Source: Planctomycetota bacterium (GTDB taxonomy: Bacteria; Planctomycetota; B15-G4). Taken from it: DNA of 64,000 nucleotides. This document shows positions 56,401 through 64,000 of this stretch, one piece after another. A program made the translations under genes and the position numbers. Every line of letters begins with the position of its first letter. Within the stretch, counting starts at the first letter, position 1. The DNA lies in contig CBDFJQ010000002.1 in the NCBI GenBank assembly GCA_965248575.1, positions 3,808,001 through 3,872,000 on the forward strand, read 5' to 3'. The notes below the pieces were generated by a model, which had not been told where the DNA came from, ran no database searches, and worked only from the letters and a program-made list of their open reading frames with translations.

Positions 56401-58574
56401 CGGCCGTGGGTGTGGTCGCGGCTGGGGTCCCGCAGGTGGTGCTGCATGTGCCCGATGAGCGGCGCCTGCCAGTCGAGAACATAGAGTGCTCCATCGGGGC
56501 CCACCTCGATGTCCACCGGCCGGAAGTTCGGGTCGGAGCTGTGCACGATGGGCTCGACTTCGGTGGCCCCGAAGCCGGAACCCTGGTCTTTCATCTGATA
56601 CTGGAAGATGCCTTGGAAGCCGATCACGTTGGCCACCAGGTAGTTGCCTTGCAGAGCTTCGGGGAAGTGGCGGCTGCTGAGGATCTCGGTGGCGGCTGCG
56701 GGGCGGCTGCGTTGGGCGAAGAAGGTGTCGATGCCCGGCTTCTTGAGCGGCTCGGGAAGCCAGCCGCTCATGGGCAGGGCCCAGTAGTTCTGGTTGCCGG
56801 TGCCGTCTGTGACGAAGTTCTGTCCCCAGCGATCAAAGACGTGGCCGTGAGGGTTGGCGAAGCCGTAGGGAATGAAGCGTTCCACTTGCCAGGTGCGCGG
56901 GTCGAAGCGCCAGACGCAGGCGTCGCGACTGCGCACCGGCCCCCATGCGGACTCCACCTGGCTCTGGTGGAACACACCCTCCTGGAAATAGAACGCACCG
57001 TCCGGTCCGAACACGAAGCTGTTGGCTGAGTGGTGGGTGTCCGCGCTGCCGAGCCCATGCAGCACGCGTTGACGCAGGTCGGCCCGGCCGTCGCCATCCG
57101 TGTCCTTGAGGAACAAGAGGTCGGGCGGGTTGGCCACGAGAACGCCGCCGTTGAAGAACTCGAAGCCTGTGGGGTTGTGCAGATCGTCCGCGAAGGGGGT
57201 TGCGCTGTCGGCGCGCCCATCGCCGTCCGTGTCCTCGAGCACCATGAGCGCATCATTCATGGGTTGCCCGGGTACCCAGTGGGGGTAGGTCGGCCAGGTG
57301 GCCACCCACAGGCGATCGGACGCGTCCCATGCCATCTGCACAGGGTTGGCGAGGGCTGGGAACATCTGCTCGTCTGCGAACAGGTTGGCCGCGAATCCGT
57401 CGTGCAGGGTCATGGCATCGAGGGCTTCCTCCCCCGTCCGGAAGAGATGCGCGCCGTCCTCTCCTGGGCCCGGGCGGTTGGTGACCACCGGCATGAGTTC
57501 AGGGATCGCTGCTTCGGCGATCACCGGCTCGGTCTCACCTCGCGCCAGGGCGTGGATCTGCTCGTCGAGTGCGTTCGCCGAAGCATGCAGCACGTCCAAC
57601 TCGCGTTGCAGGACCTCTCGGTTGGTGACGCCATCCACATAGCTGAGGGTCGACCGGCCCCCGTAGACGTTGTATCCGTCCGTGGCGCGGTAGCGGTTGA
57701 ACCACAGGAGGTTCTTGTCCAGCACGCGCTGGCGCACAGTGGCCAGGCGCCGAGGGGCGAGCAACCGCACCAAGCCCTCGTGGGCGTCTGCTTGCTCCCC
57801 CAAGGGGATCAGGGCCGCCTCGAGGATCTCTGCCAGCCGCTGATTGCCAAGCTCCGTGAGGTGTGTCCCGTTCAGCGTCAAGTCGCTGGCGCTGGCGTCG
57901 CCGAGAGCGCGCTTCCCCGGCGCGAGGGCTTGTCCCGTCCAGCGCGCCGCTGAGCTGGCTTGTGACGCCGCGGCATCGAAGATCGCCTGCATGGGTGTGA
58001 AGAGATCCACGAAGGGCGTCTCGTGTTGGGCGGCGACCTCAGCCATTGCCTGGACAAAGGGAAGCAGGCGTTGGTTGGCTTCGGCCGCGTCCGGGAGCAA
58101 CGGGTCGCGCGTGTCTTCCACGGGGATGGGCGAGCAGAGCACCAGGCGCACAGGCGCGCCGGCCGCGGTGCGGAGCGCACCGAGCTGGGCGATGTACTCC
58201 GCGAGGTCCAGGCGGAACTGCGGGAGATGCTGGGTGCCCCGGAAGGACTCCATGTTTCCGAAGAAGGCCAGCACGACGTCGGACTCGCTGCGCTCCAGCC
58301 ATTGTTGCCACGTGCCGAAGCCGCTGGTGCGTTGTTGCACTGTCAGTTCGTCAGAGGCAAAGCCCAGGTTGCGGACCCGCAGAGCGGATTGCGGCAGCCT
58401 GCACTGGAGGCGTGTCTCCAGCCAACCGTGGTGCTGCATGCGTTCTGCGAGGGCGCTTCCCATCAGGCAGATGGTGTCGCCGGTGGTGAGACGGAAGCCC
58501 TGGAGATTCGTGCTGAGCGTCGGCTCGGGGGCTGCGAGGACCAGGATCAACAGAATCTTGAACGCGACTGACAT
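53454..58574 (-). CDS. PVC-type heme-binding membrane-bound dehydrogenase-like protein (SGNH-like + beta-propeller + HEAT + F5/8 lectin + cupredoxin + cytochrome c)
   Basis: NPVQMAWD..RLWV, EDTDGDG.AD, GPDGALY; HN..CTFPGHWVRM type-1 Cu site; CGLCH; S.MPEGL. Confidence 0.9.
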   Translation of the reverse strand: MSVAFKILLILVLAAPEPTLSTNLQGFRLTTGDTICLMGSALAERMQHHGWLETRLQCRLPQSALRVRNLGFASDELTVQQRTSGFGTWQQWLERSESDVVLAFFGNMESFRGTQHLPQFRLDLAEYIAQLGALRTAAGAPVRLVLCSPIPVEDTRDPLLPDAAEANQRLLPFVQAMAEVAAQHETPFVDLFTPMQAIFDAAASQASSAARWTGQALAPGKRALGDASASDLTLNGTHLTELGNQRLAEILEAALIPLGEQADAHEGLVRLLAPRRLATVRQRVLDKNLLWFNRYRATDGYNVYGGRSTLSYVDGVTNREVLQRELDVLHASANALDEQIHALARGETEPVIAEAAIPELMPVVTNRPGPGEDGAHLFRTGEEALDAMTLHDGFAANLFADEQMFPALANPVQMAWDASDRLWVATWPTYPHWVPGQPMNDALMVLEDTDGDGRADSATPFADDLHNPTGFEFFNGGVLVANPPDLLFLKDTDGDGRADLRQRVLHGLGSADTHHSANSFVFGPDGAFYFQEGVFHQSQVESAWGPVRSRDACVWRFDPRTWQVERFIPYGFANPHGHVFDRWGQNFVTDGTGNQNYWALPMSGWLPEPLKKPGIDTFFAQRSRPAAATEILSSRHFPEALQGNYLVANVIGFQGIFQYQMKDQGSGFGATEVEPIVHSSDPNFRPVDIEVGPDGALYVLDWQAPLIGHMQHHLRDPSRDHTHGRIYRYSARGQPVSEAPTIAGATVPELVQLLTHSVDRVRAKVRSELSGRDRDEVLKASREAARKLGDGRPSSDAEHEHHLLELLWLTQQQGATDGALLDRMLNSAAPEARAAATRVARQSQRSMGPLSARLFPQLSEGADIATLSDLLSEVPARVQAEMLVGLSFEPSRTAALCALQFLEHLGDDRFMDYAFRETMRALEPHWRAPLARGERLPGLSERGLAWALGQMDTAELEGAAPSLVLDGVLLSRHGLPPATYGAALRRLSAHSGQALAQEFLAAVLKADSRDVGHVDHLLSGLFASLGSLSPDELAAFEAPLKTLSQDARRTSTRRLAMAARLEQQANPNAAWLEASSSFRGMIDLLEALPLVDDIPAKEALFERVASLMTALPAALTKSMNPGAETPGSESASALLKGRYVRVQLPGPERTLTLAEVQVWSGGLNVALGGNAEQSSTNWGGLAAFGIDGETSGAWGDGAQTHTIENRPDPWWELDLGSERSMDAVELWNRTDGNLGTRLDGYRLTILDGARRPVFEALDQPQPRPSTRHELAPLDVGLQRAAARCLAALGVRRSAAVSLLLGHWGSATLQPALLDALLQIPASEWPAGAVDPLAQRLITELAAAWTTGHAAADPRLLALADAIAPNVSGDLAGPLHVAARRLGPTRIILRPVPDALLFDRTQFTVVAGRSVELHFENTDIMPHNVVVTVPGALAEVGLAAEDMAAEPTAWERSFVPDRAEVLFASRLLQPGESQTLAFQAPETPGDYPYVCTFPGHWVRMNGTMQVVDESEEERLLLGELDEVAHGGDDATVDVKAAAQRSYVAFWSVDDFTDQLHGVDQQLPERGRSLFEVASCGLCHVVDNTPSASGGQRPQTGPPLNEVVLRHDRAALLTHILDPSAEILEGYASETFVTTGGGVLSGRVLAEDANQVDVQVDPYKGTVRELPKSEIARRRPSQISTMPEGLLSTFEKDEVLALIAYLESLRDN

Positions 58575-58628
58575 GGGCCGAACTCCCGGGGCGAGGGCAG
58601 GAGGATACCGGCGACAGCTCCGGCTGAC

Positions 58629-60839
58629 CTAAAGCGTTCGGATAGCTTGTCCCACGGCTTCCAGGAGCTGACGCATGTCATACGGCTTCTTGACGAACTG
58701 CGTCAGCGGGTTGCCCTCAATGAGCCTCGACAAGCGCCCGTGGCTGTACCCGCTGGAGATGATGACCGGGAGTTTGGGGAAGCCCTTTCGCAGGGAGCCC
58801 AGGACCTGCTCGCCATCGAGACCGGGCATGAGCAGGTCGAGCAACACGCACTGGATCTGCTGGCCGTGGGTTTCCAGCACCTGGAGTGCTTGCAGCCCGT
58901 CCTCTGCCAGGAGGACTTCATAGCCGGCTTGCTCAAGCAGGGCCTGCGCCGTGAGACGCACCATGTCTTCATCGTCGACGACGAGCACCGTCCCACCAGC
59001 CATCACGCTGTTGGAGGCGGTGGTGCGCTGTTCCGTCGCTTGGCTTCCATCCGGCAGCGCAGGGAAGTAGAGGCGAACCGTGGTTCCCTGGCCGGGGGTG
59101 CTCTCCACCTTAACGGCACCAGTATGGGTGCGCATGATGCCCAGGGTGGCCGCGAGGCCGAGGCCTCGGCCCACGAACTTGGTGCTGAAGAAGGGGTCAA
59201 ACATGTGATGCAGGGTCTTGGCATCCATTCCGCAGCCGCTGTCCTGCAGTTCGAAGACGACGAATCGTCCAGCTAGCAGCGACGCACTCACCGCGGCCGT
59301 GTTCAGTTCGCTGCTTTCACAGTGCTTCGAGAACGTCCGCAAGCGCAGCTCGCTGGGTTCGGGCCCGAGGGACTCGGATGCATTGGTGATCAGGTTCATG
59401 ACCACCTGACGGACCTGGGTGATGTCTGCCCGGATCAGCGGCAGGTCGTGTTCCAAACTGCAGCTCATGCGGCAGTTCTTCGGCAAGGTTGTTTCGAGCA
59501 GGCTCATCATGTCCTGGACGGTCTTCCCGAGGTTCAGCTGCTCGACCTGAACCTCGCCCTGCCCGGAGTAGGCACGCAGCTGCTCACACAGTTCGGCCGC
59601 CCGCTGTGTGATTTCGCACACGGCCTGCAGACGATCCTGCACCGGGGAGTCCGCCGCCACGAGCAGTCTCGCGAGTTCCGTGTTGCCGAGAATGCCTTGC
59701 AGGAGGTTGTTGAAGTCGTGGGCGACGCCACCTGCGAGCAAACCGAGGCTTTCCATCTTCTGCGATTGAGCGAACTTGCTCTCGAGGCGCAGGCTCTCTT
59801 GCGTTGCACGCTGGTGCTCGATATTGGAGATAGCCAACGAGATCAGATCCGCCGCGGAGGCCGCGAAGGACTGCTCCGCAGTCGTCCAGTGGCGCGGTTG
59901 GAGCATGTGCTCATGGGAGAGCACCCCGCGCAAGGTGCCATCCACGCGGATGGGAGCGTCGAGCATGGCCTGGATGTCGATCGAACTGACGTAGTCGTCG
60001 GCAAACTCGCGGGTACGCGGGTCCGTCAGGGCGTTGTCGGCCGCAATGGCGCGCTCCACGTGCAGGGCTGCGAAGTAGTTCGGGTAGTTCTGTTGGCAGG
60101 CTTCGGTCTGGGATGAGTGCTCACCTTGCTCCTTCTGATAGAGCTCAACGCGCGTGAGCACGCCGTCGTCAGTGAAGAGCCAGACTCCTACCCGTTCGAC
60201 GTCGAGGCAATGGGCGCAAGCCTCGGTGACGCGTTCCAGCAAGGCGGGGAGGCCGCCTTCGGCATCGACGCGTGAGAGTGCGAGGTTGAGCAGTACACTC
60301 TGCTGCTTCTGGATGAGTTCTTCGGTGAGCTTCTGCTCCGTGATGTCCGAGGCAATCCCCGCCAGACGCACGACCTCGCCGCTCGCGTCGCGGCAGGGGA
60401 ATGCCCGATCACGGATCCAGCGCACTTGCCCATCCGGGCGCACGATGCGGTACTGCTCGTCGTAGTGCCCGTCGCGCATGTGCATGGCCTGCGCCTGCAT
60501 GCGCTCGAGGTCATCGGGGTGCAGCGAAGAGGCCCAGCCGCAGGGGTCGCGCATGACCTCTTCACGGGAGCGCCCCCAGACCCGTTCGAACGCGGGGCTG
60601 ACGAAAAGCGTTTCGTGCCGATTCGAGCGGAGGATCCAGACCACTTCGGCGATGCCCTGGATCAGGGGCCTGAACTCCCGCTCAAGCCCCGGAAACAGCT
60701 TCGCCAGCAGCTCGTCGCCGAGGGCTTCGTGCTCGAGACCGCTCTCCATCTCAGCGAGACGTGCCCGCAGTTCACTGACCTCTTGCTCGAGGGCGGCTTG
60801 CTCGTCAGGCAGGGACGGGGTGGGTGGTGTCTTGGGCAT
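58629..60839 (-). CDS. Hybrid sensor histidine kinase (PAS-GAF-HisKA-HATPase-REC)
   Basis: HPDD..RWI.D; AHDFNN; NL.TNA; D.GCG; GLGL; VDDE..D..MP. Confidence 0.95.
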   Translation of the reverse strand: MPKTPPTPSLPDEQAALEQEVSELRARLAEMESGLEHEALGDELLAKLFPGLEREFRPLIQGIAEVVWILRSNRHETLFVSPAFERVWGRSREEVMRDPCGWASSLHPDDLERMQAQAMHMRDGHYDEQYRIVRPDGQVRWIRDRAFPCRDASGEVVRLAGIASDITEQKLTEELIQKQQSVLLNLALSRVDAEGGLPALLERVTEACAHCLDVERVGVWLFTDDGVLTRVELYQKEQGEHSSQTEACQQNYPNYFAALHVERAIAADNALTDPRTREFADDYVSSIDIQAMLDAPIRVDGTLRGVLSHEHMLQPRHWTTAEQSFAASAADLISLAISNIEHQRATQESLRLESKFAQSQKMESLGLLAGGVAHDFNNLLQGILGNTELARLLVAADSPVQDRLQAVCEITQRAAELCEQLRAYSGQGEVQVEQLNLGKTVQDMMSLLETTLPKNCRMSCSLEHDLPLIRADITQVRQVVMNLITNASESLGPEPSELRLRTFSKHCESSELNTAAVSASLLAGRFVVFELQDSGCGMDAKTLHHMFDPFFSTKFVGRGLGLAATLGIMRTHTGAVKVESTPGQGTTVRLYFPALPDGSQATEQRTTASNSVMAGGTVLVVDDEDMVRLTAQALLEQAGYEVLLAEDGLQALQVLETHGQQIQCVLLDLLMPGLDGEQVLGSLRKGFPKLPVIISSGYSHGRLSRLIEGNPLTQFVKKPYDMRQLLEAVGQAIRTL

Positions 60840-60997
60840 GGAGGGCTGGGTCTCGCTCTCCAAAGGGCGGGTGGGGAAGAGCTGTGAACACCATAACTCC
60901 GAGACTGGCGGTGATGCTGGGATCCTGCACACTGGTCCGGCTTCCGACCGGGGTTTCGCCCGGTGTTCTCGCTCTTCTCCTGGGTCTGTGTTTCAAG

Positions 60998-62497
60998 GTG
61001 CTTAACATCTCGAAGCTGGCACAACTCCTAAGCGGGTCGATCTGGGGCCCAGGATTCGTCTGCTGCGCCCTCGTCGTCGCGCTGTCAGCTTGCGGCTCCG
61101 GGCCAGATGACGAGGAAGCCGGAGCGGCCAAGTCGGCAAACACCGATCGGCGCGCTCCGAATGTGCTGTTTGTGGTGGCCGACACCCTGCGCACCGACCA
61201 CCTGTCGGCCTATGGCTACGCTTGGCCGACGTCTCCGAACCTGGACCAGCTGGCAGGCAGGGGCGTGACGTTCCTGCAGTGCACGGCACAGGCGAGTTGG
61301 ACCATGCCCTCGATGATCTCGCTCATGACGGGGCAGCCGGTGTTCTCGACGCTCTATCGGATTCCCGACGGATTTCCCGTTCTGGCGGAGCGCTTCGCAG
61401 AGGCTGGCTATCGGACGGGAGCCTTCGTCGGGAACTCGCTGTTGGCGGATGAAGCCGGCTTTGCGCGCGGTATCGAGCAGTGGGCCGTGCGCCAACGCAA
61501 GCGCAACAAATGGAAGGCCGAAGACATCCGTAGCAAAGCGGTGGATTTCTTCGACGCGGCGGAGGCGGACGACCGCCCCTGGTTCCTGTGGGTGCACACC
61601 ATGGACACGCACACGCCCTACGAGCCGCCTAGCGTTCCCTGGACGCGCCAACCAACAGATGTCTTTGACGAGTCGCAGCAGGCGCTCATCCGGCAGGTGC
61701 TCGACGAAGCTTCCACAGAGATGCGCCCGGCGCTTGCAGCACAGATCCCTGAACTGGCTGAGTCCGTGGATCTCTACGACGGTGAGGTCGCGGTGGTCGA
61801 CGAGTTCCTCGGTCAGCTGCTGCAGGAATTGGACGCCCGTTCCTGGACGGACAACACCTACGTGGTGTTCGTGGCTGATCATGGCGAGACCCTTTTCGAA
61901 CGCCGGGAGATCACGTCGCGGACGCAGCAGATGGTGGCCTGGAAAGAGCGCAACGGGCTGACTCTGCACCTCGAAGACCTGCTCAAGAAGGAACATGACG
62001 GGACTGTCTACCAGGAGCTAGTGCGCACGCCGTTCGTCCTGGCTGGCCCAGGGATCCGCGGGCCGCTGCGGGAGCCAGCCTTGGTGGCCAACATCGATGT
62101 GGGGCCGACCTTGCTCGGCTTGTGTGGGCTGCCGTCGAGCCTGGGGGCCGGGCGGGACCTCTCCGCTGCGCTGCTGACGGGCTCGCCTGTCGCGTCGGCT
62201 GTGTGGGCCACGACCTCCTGCCAGCAAGCGCTTGGCGCGCTGCTGCCCGACGGCCGGAAGCTCGTCTTGCCCTTGCTGGACGTGGAGCACGGCTTCGACA
62301 GGGAGCCCCGGGTGTACGACCTGCGCTTGGACCCAGGCGAGAAAAACCCCTTTCCTGTGGGCGACGACCCCGAGCTCCAGCGGGTCCTCGAGCAGCTTCG
62401 GAAAGCCCAGGAGGCGGGGCCCTTCAGTCCATTCAGCGGCAGCGAAGCCGACCCTGAAACCCTCGAGCGGCTGAGGGAGCTGGGCTACGTGCGTTGA
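60998..62497 (+). CDS. Sulfatase-like hydrolase/transferase (Thr-type motif), lipoprotein; start uncertain
   Basis: DTLRTDHL, WTMPS.SLMTG, HTPY, ADHGE, RLRELGY end; LSAC lipobox. Confidence 0.88.
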   Translation: MLNISKLAQLLSGSIWGPGFVCCALVVALSACGSGPDDEEAGAAKSANTDRRAPNVLFVVADTLRTDHLSAYGYAWPTSPNLDQLAGRGVTFLQCTAQASWTMPSMISLMTGQPVFSTLYRIPDGFPVLAERFAEAGYRTGAFVGNSLLADEAGFARGIEQWAVRQRKRNKWKAEDIRSKAVDFFDAAEADDRPWFLWVHTMDTHTPYEPPSVPWTRQPTDVFDESQQALIRQVLDEASTEMRPALAAQIPELAESVDLYDGEVAVVDEFLGQLLQELDARSWTDNTYVVFVADHGETLFERREITSRTQQMVAWKERNGLTLHLEDLLKKEHDGTVYQELVRTPFVLAGPGIRGPLREPALVANIDVGPTLLGLCGLPSSLGAGRDLSAALLTGSPVASAVWATTSCQQALGALLPDGRKLVLPLLDVEHGFDREPRVYDLRLDPGEKNPFPVGDDPELQRVLEQLRKAQEAGPFSPFSGSEADPETLERLRELGYVR

Positions 62498-62562
62498 GGC
62501 TGAGTATCATGTCCCGCTCGGCACGACCCGCCTTTTCGTAGCTCGCCCCTTCGGTAGAAAAC

Positions 62563-63012
62563 ATGACTGCATCCCGTCGCTGTCTAGTCGCCGTTCTGGC
62601 TCTCGCTTCCGTGTTCATCGCGTGGGGTGTCTCCGCACCTACGACGACGGAAGGCCCCGATCTGCACGACCTCATGAAGGCCGTGAAGAAGAACCTGAAA
62701 GTGGTGGGGCAGTCCCTCCAGGATCCCGCGGCCGACGCGCGCGCCTTGGCCGCCTTGGTCGAGATGGAGACGCTGTTGTTGGCTAGCAAGGCCTTCGACC
62801 CGACCAACCTGAGCGAGATGGCCCGCGACGCCCGGGACGCACATCGCTCGGCCTATCGCGCGGACATGGCGCGTGTCCTGGTGGAGACGCTCAAGCTGGA
62901 AGTCGCCTTGCTCGAGGGGCGACGCGAGGACGCCATCAAGATCGTGACGGGACCGCTGTACGCCATGCGTGAAGCCGGGCACGAGGCCTATCAGGAAGGG
63001 GACGAGCACTGA
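62563..63012 (+). CDS. Cytochrome b562-like four-helix protein
   Basis: Signal peptide; LHDLM near the N-terminus and R.AGH..Y near the C-terminus (possible Met/His heme ligands); no CxxCH. Confidence 0.65.
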   Translation: MTASRRCLVAVLALASVFIAWGVSAPTTTEGPDLHDLMKAVKKNLKVVGQSLQDPAADARALAALVEMETLLLASKAFDPTNLSEMARDARDAHRSAYRADMARVLVETLKLEVALLEGRREDAIKIVTGPLYAMREAGHEAYQEGDEH

Positions 63013-63020
63013 ACGCACCT

Positions 63021-64000
63021 GTGTTGGGGCTGCCGTCCAAGCCCGTTGTCGCGTGGGCCCTGATGGGTCTCGTGCTCGGTGCGTGTGGTTCCGAAGGCGG
63101 CACGGGATCGCAGCAGGACGCGAGTGCCTTGCCCAACATCGTGCTCGTCTTCACGGACGACCAGGGCTGGGCTGACATCGGCTTGCAGGGTGCGGAGGGG
63201 TTCGAGACGCCCTTCATCGACCAGCTCGCTGCAGAGGGTGCACGGCTCACGGACTTCTACGTGTCCCAGCCGGTGTGCAGCGCATCGCGTGCCTCCTTGC
63301 TCACCGGTTGCTATGCAAACCGGATCGGGATCAGTGGAGCGCTGGGGCCGGGCTCGAAGGTCGGCATCAGTCAGGCCGAGACCACCCTGGCGGAGCTCTG
63401 TTCGCAGGCGGGATATGCCACTGCGCACTTCGGGAAGTGGCACCTCGGGGACCACCCGAAGTTCCTGCCGACGCGGCACGGTTTCGACGAGTTCTATGGC
63501 ATTCCCTACTCCAACGACATGTGGCCCTTCCATCCGGAGAACCCGGAGGCTTGGCCGCCACTCCCGTTGATCGAGGGCTCGGAGGTGATCGAGCTCAACC
63601 CGGACCAGACCCGCTTCACGGAGGACTTCACCCGACGCTCCGAGGACTTCATCGAACGCTCGGTGGAAGCGGGCCAGCCCTTCTTCCTCTACCTCGCCCA
63701 CCCCATGCCGCACGTGCCTCTGCATGCATCGCCGGCTTTCGTGGGCAGCAGTGAGCAGGGTCTCTACGGGGACGTCTTGCAGGAGATCGACGCTTCAGTG
63801 GGGCGCTTGATGGACACCCTGAAGCGCACTGGGCAGGAGGACAACACGCTCTTCCTCTATTGCTCGGACAACGGCCCGTGGCTCAGCTACGGTGACCACG
63901 CGGGCTCTGTCGGCCCCCTGCGCGAAGGCAAGGGCACGACCTTCGAGGGGGGCGTGCGCGTGCCCTTCGTGGCCCGCTGGCCGGGCAAGATCCCTGCGGG
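63021..64000 (+). CDS. Arylsulfatase (formylglycine-dependent, Cys-type), lipoprotein; truncated by the window end
   Basis: LGAC lipobox; [42 protein letters not shown]; absent from the ORF track because it has no stop in the window. Confidence 0.93.
   Translation, partial: MLGLPSKPVVAWALMGLVLGACGSEGGTGSQQDASALPNIVLVFTDDQGWADIGLQGAEGFETPFIDQLAAEGARLTDFYVSQPVCSASRASLLTGCYANRIGISGALGPGSKVGISQAETTLAELCSQAGYATAHFGKWHLGDHPKFLPTRHGFDEFYGIPYSNDMWPFHPENPEAWPPLPLIEGSEVIELNPDQTRFTEDFTRRSEDFIERSVEAGQPFFLYLAHPMPHVPLHASPAFVGSSEQGLYGDVLQEIDASVGRLMDTLKRTGQEDNTLFLYCSDNGPWLSYGDHAGSVGPLREGKGTTFEGGVRVPFVARWPGKIPA

Overview
High-GC (about 65-70% by eye), gene-dense bacterial window with roughly 45 CDS and no recognisable rRNA, tRNA, CRISPR array or transposase. 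The gene content points to a Planctomycetota genome (inference): a PVC-type heme dehydrogenase, an ECF sigma/Ser-Thr kinase pair, sulfatases, FG-GAP and carboxypeptidase-regulatory-domain proteins. Main candidates for novelty: (1) A hidden 197-aa heavy-metal-associated (HMA)-like protein at 26415-27008(-), missed by the ORF track. It is interrupted by two in-frame TGA codons (TGA-ATA-TGA) at the metal-binding loop, followed by a SECIS-like hairpin, so it is a candidate di-selenocysteine U-x-U protein. It lies directly downstream of an outer-membrane barrel gene. (2) A three-gene operon at 2392-13667(-). It encodes a Sec-signal RHS/YD protein whose post-DPxG tip ends in a TM+RRRK sorting-like tail, followed by two membrane proteins with tandem DUF4350/GldG-like domains; one of them has an exosortase-like domain lacking the catalytic Cys. 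(3) A shared ~120-aa C-terminal domain on three unrelated secreted proteins. Also seen: a PadR operator and leaderless promoters, a duplicated junction around a probably inserted serine hydrolase gene, an ECF sigma with no canonical start codon, egtD-egtB, and an AlgJ/AlgI-like pair. All family calls come from motif recognition by eye, not from database searches.
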